Source of the DNA: Octopus vulgaris
Taxonomy: Eukaryota
Reading direction: 5' to 3'
Length of the DNA stretch: 64,000 nt
Assembly: GCA_951406725.2 (NCBI GenBank)
Contig: OX597827.1
Span: 3,038,001 to 3,102,000 of the forward strand
The notes under the pieces are model-generated. The model had not been told where the DNA came from. It made no database searches and saw only the letters and a program-made list of their open reading frames with translations. Every line of letters begins with the position of its first letter. Positions within the stretch are counted from its first letter, which is position 1. Positions 27,827-40,217 of this stretch are shown here, one piece after another. The position numbers and the translations under genes were made by a program.

Positions 27827-27830
<4 letters not shown>
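27545..27830 (-). mobile_element. Probable Penelope-like terminal-repeat relic with degenerate hammerhead pieces
   Basis: GC-richer island next to (TA)n. Minus strand carries TGAAACACGC and CTGATGAAGGGG. Strong hairpin CTGCGAGGGAATT-aaataa-AATTCCCTTGCAG at about 27739-27770. Confidence 0.4.
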
Positions 27831-27882
<52 letters not shown>

Positions 27883-27896
27883 CACACACATACATA

Positions 27897-28110
27897 TAAG
27901 AGGGTTGCTGAAAAGTTCCTTTAGTAAAAGAAAATAGAAGAGGAACAGTTGATTATGATTTCATTGAACATATACCACCTCTGAGATTCACACACTTATT
28001 GCATTGGTCCTTCAGGTTCTTGAAGCCCTGTAAAAGATCTCAAAAGGTTGAGCCTCCAACCAGGCCTTTCCTGATACCCTTAAAACGAAGAATTTTCAGC
28101 ACCCTCTCAT
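27897..28110. mobile_element. Mariner-type MITE
   Basis: Inverted termini AGAGGGTTGCTGAAAAGTTC / GAATTTTCAGCACCCTCT next to TA. A lone similar TIR occurs at about 53270. Confidence 0.6.
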
Positions 28111-28117
28111 TCATATA

Positions 28118-28149
<32 letters not shown>

Positions 28150-28211
28150 AAACATTTATTTGTGTGTGTATGATATATATGTAGAATTCTGTATAATTTC
28201 TGAGTATATAC

Positions 28212-28410
28212 ATTCTTTTTATTCTTTTACTTGTCTCAGTCATTTAACTGTGGCCATGCTGGAGCACTGCCTTTAATCGAACAAATCGACCCCAGGTCTT
28301 ATTCTTTGTAAGCCTAGTACTTATTCTATCGGTCTCTTTTGCCGAACCACTAAGTTACTGGGACGTAAACACACCACCATCGGTTGGGGGGGACAAACAG
28401 AGACACACAT

Positions 28411-28456
<46 letters not shown>

Positions 28457-28619
28457 GATGGGCTTCTTTCAGTTTCCATCTACCAAATCCACTCACAAGG
28501 TTTTGGTCGGCCCGAGGCTATAAGTAGAAGACACTTGTCCACGGTGCCACGCAGTGGGACTGAACCCGGAACCATGTGGTTCGTAAGCAAGCTACTTACC
28601 ACACAGCCACACCTGCGCC

Positions 28620-28621
<2 letters not shown>
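28212..28621 (-). mobile_element. SINE family A
   Basis: Reverse complement of the 26653-27058 consensus. Confidence 0.88.
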
Positions 28622-28669
<48 letters not shown>

Positions 28670-29087
28670 ATTTATGTGTGTATAATATATATGTACATGT
28701 CTATATAATTTCTGAGTATATATATATATTATATAATACTCTTTTATGTATTACTAGTATATATTTGTGTAGCCAGTCTTTGCATGTGTATCTATTCTTA
28801 TAATACTCCCTTTTGTTTTGGAATAAATAGACATAATAGAATGTCCACTGGCTGATGCATGTCATTTTTGTATTCCCTCCATCTTCTTTTTGCCATATAA
28901 ATTAAGGGTAAACCATTTTTTACCCCTGCCCATATATGGCATTCGTTGGCAAAATTGCCACGCAATAACCAGCACTTGGGTATTAATAATTGGGTATACT
29001 ACCAGCAGTATATTGGATAGGTACTATCCCTTAGTTGGTTGGTTTCCCGACCTCTAACTCTTAGAGAAATATATATATTTATAAATA

Positions 29088-29777
29088 TAGGGGTTGGACA
29101 AAATAATGGAAACACCTAGCATCATAGTATCATAATTTTGAAATATCTATAAAACCATCAAAAGCTTGTTTATTTTTATGTCTTTTGATTTATTATTAGT
29201 GTTGCTTAATACGTTTTGTTAAAATTGTTGTTTCTTTTCAGATATCATCAGAAAAAGGTAATTAAAATTAAGATGACAGATCTATCGGACTTTCAAAGAG
29301 GTCAAATTGTTGGTGCTCGATGGCAGGTGCTAGTATAATGGAAACAACCAAAATGTTTGGTGTATCAAGAAGTATTGTCTCAAAAGTAATGACAGCCTTT
29401 GAGGAAGAGGGGAAAAAGGGAAGCAACCCTTGAGGGTGATAATGCACCAATTCACACAACTAAAGTTGCTACAGAATGGCACAAGTTGCTACAGAATGGC
29501 CACCACAGTCCCCAGATCTCCATATTATTGAACATTTATGGTACATTTTAGAAAAACAAGTAATGAGTTGATATCCTCCACCATGACCACTACAAGAACT
29601 GGAGACTGTTTTAGCTGAAGAATGGAGAAAAATTCCTTTGGAAATAATTCAAACTTTGTTTGAGTCCATACCTCATAGGATTCAAACTGTAATTACTTCT
29701 AACAGTGGTCCTACCCCATATTAAAATAAATTTGTTTAAAATTTTAAGGTGTCTCCATTATTTTGTACAACCATCTA
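29088..29777 (+). mobile_element. Internally deleted Tc1-family DNA transposon
   Basis: TIRs TAGGGGTTGGACAAAATAATGGAAACACC / GGTGTCTCCATTATTTTGTACAACCATCTA flanked by TA. Translates MTDLSDFQRGQIVGAR..GVSRSIVSKV (HTH), DNAPIH and WPPQSPDLHIIEHLW (DD34E region), with the middle deleted. Confidence 0.9.
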
Positions 29778-29836
29778 TAAAATATATGTACAAGTCTGTA
29801 TAATTTTTGAGTAAAGATATATCATCATCATCGTTT

Positions 29837-29883
<47 letters not shown>

Positions 29884-29945
29884 ATAATATAACGGTTTTA
29901 TAGCCATTAGCTCAACATATATTTCTAAATGGTATATCCTAACTA

Positions 29946-30027
29946 TCTCTGATGAGATTCATCTTAAAATGATTTTAATTTTATAAATTAATTATCTAAA
30001 GGTTTCAGAATTGAAACAGCTGTCAGA
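29946..30027 (+). ncRNA. Minimal type I hammerhead ribozyme motif HH1 (GUC cleavage after 30024)
   Basis: TCT-CTGATGA(29949-29955)-GATTC...GAATT-GAAAC(30013-30017)-AGCT-GTC-AGA. Stem I TCT/AGA, stem II GATTC/GAATT with a 47-nt loop, palindromic stem III. Lies in a ~200-bp segment flanked by (TA)n on both sides. Confidence 0.7.
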
Positions 30028-30090
30028 GATGTTGTCATTTTATAATTAATAATTTTATTAATTACCTCTCCATTTTCTCCTTATTCTTTA

Positions 30091-30140
<50 letters not shown>

Positions 30141-30141
<1 letters not shown>

Positions 30142-30518
30142 TCTTTTACTTGTTACTGTCATTTCACTGCAGCCATGCTGGGGCACCACCTTTAATCAAG
30201 CAAATCGACCCCAGGATCTATTCTTTGCAACCCCAGCACTCACTCCATTGGTTTCTTCTGCCAAACCACCAAGTTATGGGGACGCAAACAAACCAGCATC
30301 TGTTGCCAAGTGATGGGGGGACACACACACACACACACATACGCACATATATATGACAGGCTACTTTTGGTTTCCGTCTACCTATTCCACTCACAAGGCT
30401 TTGGTCAGCCCGAGGCTATAGTAGAAGACACTTGCCCAAGGTGTCATGCAGTGGGACAGAACCTGGAACCATGTGGTTGGTAAGCAAGCTACTTACCACA
30501 CAGCAACTCCTGTGCCTA
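30141..30518 (-). mobile_element. SINE family A
   Basis: Reverse complement match with several T>C changes in the tail half. Confidence 0.85.
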
Positions 30519-30594
30519 CAATAAGCATATGAATAACATATGTGTATATGTGCATGTATAATGTATATATATATATATATAACATATATATATC

Positions 30595-30882
30595 ACTGTG
30601 ATCACATGACCGACCAGACCATCAGATGTTGCTACTTCGCATTGTTTTAGCCTTTAAATGACGCCACCCTGCTGGCTAAGCAAGCAGGCCAACAGAAGAA
30701 AGAGTGAGAGAAAGTTGTGGCGAAAGAGTACTGCAGGGATCGCCACCACCCCCTGCCGGAGCCTCGTGGACCTTTAGGTGTTTTTGCTCAATAAACACTC
30801 ACAATGCCCGGTCTGGGAATTGAAACCGTGATCCTACAACCACGAGTCTGCTTCCCTAACCACTGGGCCATTGCGCCTCCAC
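30595..30882 (-). mobile_element. tRNA-derived SINE family E
   Basis: Minus-strand head TGGAGGCGCAATGGCCCAGTGGTTAGGG...GGTTTCAATTCCCAGACC (A and B boxes). Inserted in (TA)n. Confidence 0.7.
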
Positions 30883-32010
30883 AATATATATATATATATA
30901 TACATACACATACACACACACACACACAGATTGATAGATAGATAGAGAGAGAGAGAAAGAGAGAGATGAATGTATGTACGAGTGAGTTTTGAATCAATAA
31001 CCTTGAGTCCAATATTTTGTTTTGCCCAATGGCTTCGCCAAGGACTGAATGAAATGATGCGGTTCAGTTGGTTGAATAAGGAACCAGGCAAAAGAATGAA
31101 AATATACATATATATATATATAAATATATATATAGTTAGAGAATAGCCGGATATAGAAAAAGCAGGGTGTGCTGGTGGGTGTGTAAACCAAGTTAGATGT
31201 GGTGGAGGAGAGGTAAGTATTTACAAAAGCTAGCAGTGATGGGCCATTGAAAATGACTGCAATCATATGAATTACTTATAGCAACCAATCAAAATATTGT
31301 GTATATTATTTATAAATGCATAACAAGGTATGTAAAGGATGTTTCTATTATTCTGTCAGAGGCTAGTATCAAGATTTGAGCATGAAATGAGATTGCCTGA
31401 TTTAGCTGTCAGAATTGACAGAGTATTATAAACAGCAGTGGTAGAGTATAAGAAAAATTGTGGTCTTTTTAGTAAATCTTTGTTTAAATCCCACAGTACA
31501 TTTGAATAAATATTTCAAAGAACAAATAAAAAATCCTTTAGACATATCATTGAAATAAACGATCTTCATTTAAGCCAATGAAGGTGACTGAGCTTCTATT
31601 TTTATGGGGAATTCAGACAATGACGGAAGCAATGTTCAAATCAAAGTACATTGTTATACTAAACAACAGCCAAAATACATGCATCACGCACAACAAACAC
31701 ATTCTGACATTGGTGTATCTCTCTAAAGTAGCACCAACACACAGCCATAATGTAAGAATAAGCATGCAGAGGTACCTATAAGTGTGTATTTATATCAGAT
31801 TTAATTTTCAAATGAATAAATCTTCAAATTTATTAGCAAATTGTAATTTGGAATCTCAGACATTTAGGATCCTTCTCAAGAGACATTTGGGGAAAAGTTT
31901 CTTTGCGCAAACAGATCAATAGATTCTAAGTTAAGATCTCACACTTAAATGCAAAAGGGAGACATACATAATTCAAGTTATACACACACATACATGTGTG
32001 TACATATGTT

Positions 32011-32044
<34 letters not shown>

Positions 32045-32071
32045 TGTTTGTGAGTGTATGTGCTTGTGTCT

Positions 32072-32455
32072 CTTTACTCTTTTACTTGTTTCCGTCATTT
32101 GACTGCAGCCATGCTGGAGCAGTGCCTTTTTTAATTGAGCAAATCGACCCCAAGTCTTATTCTTTGTAAGCCTTGTACTTATTCTATCAGTCTCTTTTGC
32201 CGAACCAGTAAGTTACGGGTACGTAAACACACCAGCATCGGTTGTCAAGCGATGTTGGGGGACAAACACACACACATATATATATATACGATGGGCTTCT
32301 TTTCAGTTTCCGTCTACCAAATCCACTCACAAGGCTTTTGGTCGGCCCGAGGCTATAGTAGAAGACACTTGCCCACGGTGCTACGCAGTGGGAAGGAACC
32401 CGGAACCATGTGGTTGGCAAGCAAGCTACTTACCACACAGCCACTCCTGCGCCTA
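32072..32455 (-). mobile_element. SINE family A
   Basis: Reverse complement match. Confidence 0.88.
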
Positions 32456-33517
32456 TGTGTAAGAGCACATGTACGCTTGCAGAAAGAGGGAGAGAGAGAG
32501 AGAGAGAGAGTAAGCAAATACACTGCTGAGCTGTGTTGACATGCTGAATCAGTGAGATGCTTTTCAGTCTTGATTACAACCAGCTCAATTCAATTATGTC
32601 CCTAATTCTTTTAAGACAGACATCATCATCATTACTAAGGCTTATTTAATTATTTTTCCCAAGAGAAAAATATTTGCTGAATCAATATATATGTACTTAA
32701 TGACGTTTAATATTGATTTCTAACATAGGTACAAAGCCTCAAATTCTGAGAGAAAGGCATAGTTGATTTAATTGATTCTAGCACTTGGTTGGCACTTATT
32801 TTATTGATTTTGGAAAGATGAAAAGCAATGTCGATCCCAAGATTTAAGCATAGAATGTGCAAAAAAGACATAACCAAATACTGCAAGGCATTAATTTGAC
32901 ATTCTACTGATTCTGCCAATCAACTTGGCCACAGTAGAATAATTCTTTTCAGTAAAAATCTGAAAAGAATTGTTGTACTCCTACACTGGCTTGACAGAAA
33001 TTCATTTAAAAAGTTATCATACCAACACATGAGTTCTTTATCAAATGCTGTTACAAAGAAAATAGAATTTTGCTTCTGAGGCATATCTCCTAAAAGAAAG
33101 ATAAGTGTAAATCTACAAATATTACATGGTTTGTATTGGACAAAACTCTCTGTTTAGTAATGATTCGAAATTATGCAATTTATTTTTGATAAGAAATATC
33201 ACATCATAAACCACTCACCCTGTCCAACCCTCTGAACCGCATCACTTCCATTTATTTCCTGTTACTTTGGAATAACAGAGGATATTCTCTGACACACCTT
33301 CATCACCATCTCTTTCTTTTCCAACTGGGGTAGCCATGTATCTTGTCTAAAGCCAGACATCTTTTTCTGTCCCTCTATCATAATTTAACCTTTCATCACC
33401 TGACACAAATCTGCCTCCAGCAGTACAGCTCCCTCTCCTCAGTTGAGGAGTCTGGCAAGTTACTTGGTGACCCCACTGATGCTGATGCCAATAATAATAA
33501 TAATAATAATAATAATA

Positions 33518-34073
33518 GCCCTCATGCGATATCAGGCAGTGGCTCTCATGGCTTCTGATCTTAACTGATTGGAAGTGTTATCAAGTACATTATTTTGTCT
33601 TGGTATAAAAGATGGGCTACAGCAGATATTCTGCTCAAAACCACAGATTTGCTTATCAGTTTTTTTGGCCTTAACCAGTTGACCATGTCCCTTAGTGGTT
33701 GACAATATGTGCATCTCTGATCACGAGCAGAAGTAGTAGGGGAGCATTATAGCCATGTGTTGAGAGGGATTCTTTGGGGTTTGAATAATTCACCTCTGGA
33801 AACATGGGTGTTTCGTTCAACACCTTTAAACAACCCTTATTCAGGAACCTTTTGAGAGGGATGGGTTACTGGACCAGAAGAAAATTCTAACTGGGCCCCA
33901 CCTGCAAGGTCATGTGCTGTTTATCTTGATATGAGATCACCATGTCATGCACACATGGTTATGATGCATGTGCCTAGTGTACCCTTATCAGACGAGTAGT
34001 CATGATGGGTATACAGGGCTTTGTATATTTTACCCCAGTGTCACTTTGATGGCATGCACTGCTCTCTCACTCA
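33518..34073 (+). mobile_element. Non-autonomous element family D inserted in (TAA)n
   Basis: About 550 bp, matches 6173-6710 in inverse orientation. (AAT)n at 33490-33517 and 34073-34110. Confidence 0.8.
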
Positions 34074-34569
34074 ATAACAATAATGATAATAATAATAATG
34101 ATAATCATGATTATAATATACATCTACATATATATGAAGAGAAGAACTTTAAATTGTTTTACTTCAGCCATTGTCAAAGTTTGGGAAATAAGATTTCTTG
34201 TACAGTTGTGTTATATTTACCTTTGCAAAATGACATTATATTCCAATATCACTGAACTTCACACACACACAAAAAAACTTGCACTCAGGTATGCCAGCAT
34301 TTGAACACACATGTAGCATATACATACACCAAGAAATACACATAGCTCATGTTTTATTTTTTAATATATTTCAGCTTTTATATATATTTATTTACTTTTT
34401 ATGTAATTTCTAAAAAGAGTAATCCAGAGAATTCTTCACAATAAAAAAAAATGGAAATTGTATTCTCTATATTAGGATACACACATACACACACACACAT
34501 GCATATATAGTTATTATGTGTACATATACACACTCATACACACAAATAGACATTTATGTAAACATTTTA

Positions 34570-34744
34570 TGTATATGTATGTGTTAAGATGTATGTGCAT
34601 ATAAATGTGTGTGTATATTTATGTGTATGTGCAATACATGCACATATATATATATACATATGTGCATATATATGTATATGCATATATCTACATATAAGTA
34701 TATATGTATGTATATATCTATATATCTATCTATCTATATATATG

Positions 34745-34793
<49 letters not shown>

Positions 34794-35220
34794 GTACATA
34801 TCTATGCACATATATATACATGTATATAAAGCATAAACTTGCATATATGTGTGTTTGTGTATATATATATACACACACACTTATATATCAATAATGCATA
34901 AACATCCATGTATATATATGTATATAAAATGCATAAATATGCATTTATATATATATATATAATGTATAAATATGCATATATATATATAATGTATAAATAT
35001 GCATATATATATATAATGTATATATATGCATATATATATATAATGTATATATATGCATATATATGTGTATATATATATAATGTATATATATACATATATA
35101 TGTGTGTGTGTATATATATAATGCATAAATATGCATATATACATATATATATATATATATGTGTGGTTCATATGCATGTATGCAGATATCTATATATATA
35201 TGTGTATAAATGTATAGAGA
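34570..35220. repeat. (TA)n-based microsatellite with repeated AATGTATAAATATGCATATA units
   Basis: Direct reading. Confidence 0.9.
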
Positions 35221-36662
35221 GTAAAAGAGAGAAGGAAAGACAGACAAAGAGAGAGCTATATACTGTGAAAGATTTGAATGATTGTATATTATACAATCAC
35301 ACAAAAACACACATACACACACAAGATCAAATCATGCATAAATATATACCTGCATATGTATGTGCATGTACATGTATGTATATGTTGTTGAAGAAACCTT
35401 CATTATTCTCACACTGTGATACTAGTTTTTCACATCCCAGCAATATTATCCATTTTTCTTCTCAATATTAATTCTTTTTAATATTCTACATATGTCTAAA
35501 ATTGAACTCTATGGAACAATAACACACATAAGCATGCATGCACTCACAGAAACAGAGAAACAGATGCACTCAGACACACACACACATACATACAAAACAT
35601 ACAAGCATGTACACACATGCAAACACATGAGTATACATACAGAAGCATGTGCATGTAGAAATATACGTACGTTACAAATATGCACACAGCTAAATAAGTG
35701 TGTAAATATATGTGCTAATATAAGCTTACAATATTTCGAAGATACTGAGATGGCAGAAATGTATGTAATTTATATATATATATTTTTTTTAACTTACTAT
35801 AGTTAGATTTACTGTTAAATCATCTTAACTTAGTTATCGAGTAGAGATAAAAATAGGCTTTAAAATACAGAAAAAGCATTTATCTCATTCCTAAATTAGG
35901 AAGAAAGATTGATAAGTGCTTTGTAGTAGGACACGGTTAACTGGTCAAGCAATTTGATATGTATTTTGAATGCCGCCAATTCGTCTTTTCTTTCCCATAA
36001 TCATTTCTCAGAAATTTTTTTTACATTAATATCAGAGCAGATAATTCATAATTTTGATTCAAAGATTTATTCTCATTACAAATGTAGCACCAAGATAGGA
36101 TACTTCACTATGTTGCACACAAATGACTGGTGAATTATTTTGGTCAGGATATGAAAGTACAGTTAAAATAACAGGAAGAACTTCCTACGTCTCATTGGCA
36201 GAATCTTTCAATCAAAAATCTAGTTCTGCTTATTTTTGGTTTACTGTACTCTAAATGCAAATTCTGCTCTGGTCAACTTTGATATTTGTTTTTGTAGTAT
36301 CTTTTCAGGTTTCGGATCCTAGTGAGAGCCATGTCCAGGATAATGAATTGACAGTATTGTTAGGATGTTAGATTAGATGTCTAGCTTGCATGGGTTTTAG
36401 ATCTATATGTACTAAGTTCAAATTCTACCCCTGTACAGATGCTTTGTGCCAACCATTTTACCATGAGAGCACTCCTGTCTAAGCAGCAATTGGGCAGCAT
36501 GGTTGGTTAGATCTACAAGTAGAGAGAAGTTGGCTGGGGCCAGCTGAGATTTGACCCAACTATGGAATAATAATAACTAATTGTAATGAAATGGAAATTT
36601 AAGGAGATTGAATGATAGATATACTATTAGAGTAATTGATAATACAGTTGCATGACAGATGC

Positions 36663-36875
36663 ATGATCCAAGTCCCAACTGTATTTATGTGATAGTTTCA
36701 TGGCTCAAGTCCCAACAGTAAACCTGTTACTGACAAGTAAATAGGTTATGGCTCAACTCCAAGGAGTAAACCTTTCACCAACAAGTGAATAATCATGGCT
36801 CAATTCTCAATAGTAAACTTTTCACTGACAAGTGATAGGTTGATGGCTCAAGTCCTGTCAGTAAACCTGTTACTC
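36663..36875 (+). repeat. 47-48-bp minisatellite, about 4.5 diverged copies
   Basis: Units start ATGGCTCAA at 36700, 36748, 36795 and 36843, each with AGTAAAC; the three complete units also carry ACAAGT. Confidence 0.85.
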
Positions 36876-37164
36876 TTTCCAGTTTCAAATTCCTGCTTAC
36901 TATATCTAATATAATTTATACAACAAGCAGATTTAGAGGAAGGAAATGACACACCTGTTCCTTTTGTTGTTTTAATATCTTTTAGACAAGTAAGTTGTAA
37001 ACATTCTGATATCAAACATTTCCAGAGTTAATTCTTGACCTATGATCAAAGATATTCAACCACCATGCTCATCCTATTTGTAAAGTAAGGCTACATTAAA
37101 CACATTTTTTTTCTAAAGATGGTAGTGTATATTCTGAGAGGAATTTGGTTGCTATTCATTGACA

Positions 37165-37332
37165 AGTTGATTACATCAACCTCAGTGCCTGAATGGTACT
37201 TATTTTATCAACCTCTAAAGGATGAAAGACAAAGTTGACCTCAATGGAATTTGAGCTCAAAACATAAAGAACTAGAAGAAGTGTTGTTAAGTATTTTGTC
37301 CAACATACTAACAATTCTGACAGCTTCCCAGA

Positions 37333-37364
<32 letters not shown>

Positions 37365-37925
37365 TTACTAAGAATTTCGCTCAGCAAGCTAATGATTCTG
37401 CCAGCTTGTCACTTTAATAATGATTAATAATAGTAATCCTTTTTACTGGAAGCACAAGGCCTCGAATTTGGGGGAGAGGGATAGTCAATTACATCGACCC
37501 CAGTACTCAAATGGCACTTAATTTATTGACTCTGAAAGGATGAAAGGCAAAGTCGACCCTGATGGAATTTGGACTCAGAACAGAAAAAATACCACTAAGC
37601 ATTTCACCCAGCATGCTAACGATTCTGCCAGCTGGCTGCTTTGATGATGATGATGATGATAATAATAATAATAATAATAGTTTAAAATTATGGCACAAGG
37701 CCAGCAATTTTAGTGGGAGGTGTACTTATTTAATTGACCCCAAAAGGAATCAAAGGGTAAGATGATCTTGCAGCACAAGACCTCAGAATATAAATCTGGA
37801 AGGAATGTCATGGAACATTATGTCTGACATGCTAACGATTCTGCCAGCTTGCCACCTTAATAATGATAATGTAATTGATGAACCCCTGCCTCCAAATTTC
37901 AGGCCTCGTACCTATAATAGAAAGG

Positions 37926-37957
<32 letters not shown>

Positions 37958-38179
37958 CATTATTATTTTAGCATTCTCAGTGAAATGCAGAATCTTTGGT
38001 ACACCAGATGAAATGCTTAGCAGCCCTTTCATCTGTTTTTATGTCCTGATTATAAATTCTGCCAAGGTCTACTTTGCCTTTCATCCTTTTAGAGCCAATG
38101 AAATAAGTACCAGCTGAGAGTTGATGTCATTAACTCCCCCAAAATTTCAGGCCTTGTACCTATACAAGAACGAGTTATT

Positions 38180-38217
<38 letters not shown>

Positions 38218-38790
38218 AATTATTACATGCTATTCTGTTTAGTGGGCATCATGAGGTTTTGTAACAAGATTCCTCGAATTTCAAGAATCTTTCTTAAGAC
38301 TCTGGCAGAATAAAGAATTGCTCTTTGCTGCAAGTTAACAATATGACCCCCAATTCCAATATCCTTCAGTTTCCTAGGTAAAGTTTGGGTGTTGTGTAAA
38401 GTCCACCATTTACCATAGGTATAATTGACATCTTGGTCTTCCACAATCTCTTCATCTATTTGACTCAGTTCTAGCATTTCTCAATTTCTTTCATATCCAT
38501 TCTATTATCATAGAGTATTGTAAAGCCTATGGGGTTTTTTTTTTTGTCTTTTTGACTTTAATCATACATGGTCTTCTTGCTTCAATATTATGAATATAAA
38601 ATTGAGCTGGCAGAATCGTTGGTGGCATTTCATCCATCTTTACCCTCTATGTTCAAATTCCACCAAAGTCAATTTTGCCTTTTACCCTTTCGGGGTCAAT
38701 AAAATAAGTACCAATTAAGCACTGGGGTTGATGTAATTGACTTACTCCCTCCCCTCGGAATTGCTGGGCTTGTGCTAAAATTTGAAATCA
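37165..38790. mobile_element. Second cluster of SINE B copies (three minus, then two or three plus) within (TAA)n arrays
   Basis: Minus copies at about 37165-37330, 37435-37635 and 37680-37860. Plus copies at about 37995-38180 and 38604-38790. Confidence 0.75.
38222..38400 (-). mobile_element. 3' end relic of an R4/Dong-like LINE with (TAA)n tail
   Basis: ORF 38223-38477 contains LQQRAILYSARVLRKILEI, the typical C-terminus. Followed on minus by (TAA)n at 38180-38215. Confidence 0.55.
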
Positions 38791-39717
38791 GTATTATTGA
38801 TATCACAATGAAGATGATAATGATGATGGAACAGTGATAGAGGCCTGCGATTGCCATGGGCCTTACTCCTTCCTTGAAGCTCAGCTAATAAAAATAAAGT
38901 AAAAAAGAAACAACAACAACAACAACCATGGAACAAGGATACTACATTGGTGAATCTAAACTATGGAAGGCTGGAATGATAGAATTATGCCTAGTCTAAG
39001 AGGCCACCATAATAACCATCGGTAATACAAGCTAAATCCATTGACCTGTCAGGCAACAGTTCGTAGTTCTTACACTTGAAAAACTAATAATATCCCTTCA
39101 CGACAAAAGATTCCTCTGGCTTCAATTATCTGGGATCTCTGTTAGCAATGCCAAAGAAAATATTCATTCATGTAGCAATTTCCCCCCAAACCTTCCAGAA
39201 GATTAGTTGCTTGACATAGGGAGCCGCTAATGGATATCTGATATTGCTTTACGATGTCATTTGGGGAATTTGTTTCAGAATAAAAGAAAAACAGAGAAGG
39301 AAAAAATGGTAAAGAAAAGAGAAATAAAAATCCAAATCTGCTTCAATACACTCACAAATTATGTCATTCCTCTTGCTCTCCACACTCTTCCTCTACCCTT
39401 TCTCTCTATATCTCTCTCTCTCCTCTTCTATCCTCTTGTTATTTTCATATAGCTGTCTGTCAGTTCCTCTCATACAAAATTCACCTGTCTCTTTCCTTTT
39501 CTAAATTCTATCTCAGTGTCTCAATCAATCTGTCTGTCTGTCTGTCTGTCTGCCACTCTTCTTTTATAATCTCTGCCTTTATGTCTGTCTGTCTGTCGGT
39601 CCCTCTCATACACGGATTCACCCGTGTTATTTTTCAAATTCTGTCAGTCTTTTTGTCACACACTCTCTCTCACACACTATCATATAAACAAACATCCCTC
39701 TTTCCATCTCTCTCTCC

Positions 39718-39768
<51 letters not shown>

Positions 39769-39919
39769 ATCACATCCTATATGTCTATCACTCCTTTTCC
39801 CTGATACACACATACACAGATGTAAATACATAAAATTTCCCAAATTCCACTGAGAGGGTTGTATATATATATATATATATATATATATACTAGTAAATGT
39901 AAATATAGGTATTACAAAC

Positions 39920-40026
39920 CTGACAATCAGTAGCCATATTGGAAAGATGTTGGGATCACATCGACAAAGTACCATCTTGCTCAGATCTAAGATCCGGTGA
40001 AGTAAGTTATAGAATTATTCAGAATC
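39920..40026 (-). other. Candidate 107-nt exon of the minus-strand gene (5' UTR with upstream ATGs, or first coding exon MVLCRCDPNIFPIWLLIV)
   Basis: Long polypyrimidine tract ttttttttctttccccttcttttcaaag|G at 40027/40026 and donor CAG|gtttgt at 39920/39919. Unique sequence. Confidence 0.5.
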
Positions 40027-40217
40027 CTTTGAAAAGAAGGGGAAAGAAAAAAAAAAGATATGAAAATAACATGAATAAATAAATAAATAAGAAAATTAAA
40101 TTAAATTAAATTGAAAAAAAACATACAAAAAATAAAATAGAAATTTGCTCCCTTATTTAAAAAATTACAATAAAAAAATAAACAACACAGAGAAACGGTA
40201 AAGTTGGTGGCATTTAC

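Noticed and set aside
26653-30882. tRNA genes
   Set aside because: The A/B boxes belong to SINE heads; no complete cloverleaf.
35730-35775. TCGAAGA-TAC..GCA-GAAATGTATGTA hammerhead-like string
   Set aside because: Too many core and stem mismatches to distinguish from chance.
36663-36875. CRISPR-like repeat/spacer array
   Set aside because: Eukaryotic context, variable parts only ~8 nt and related to each other, no cas genes.
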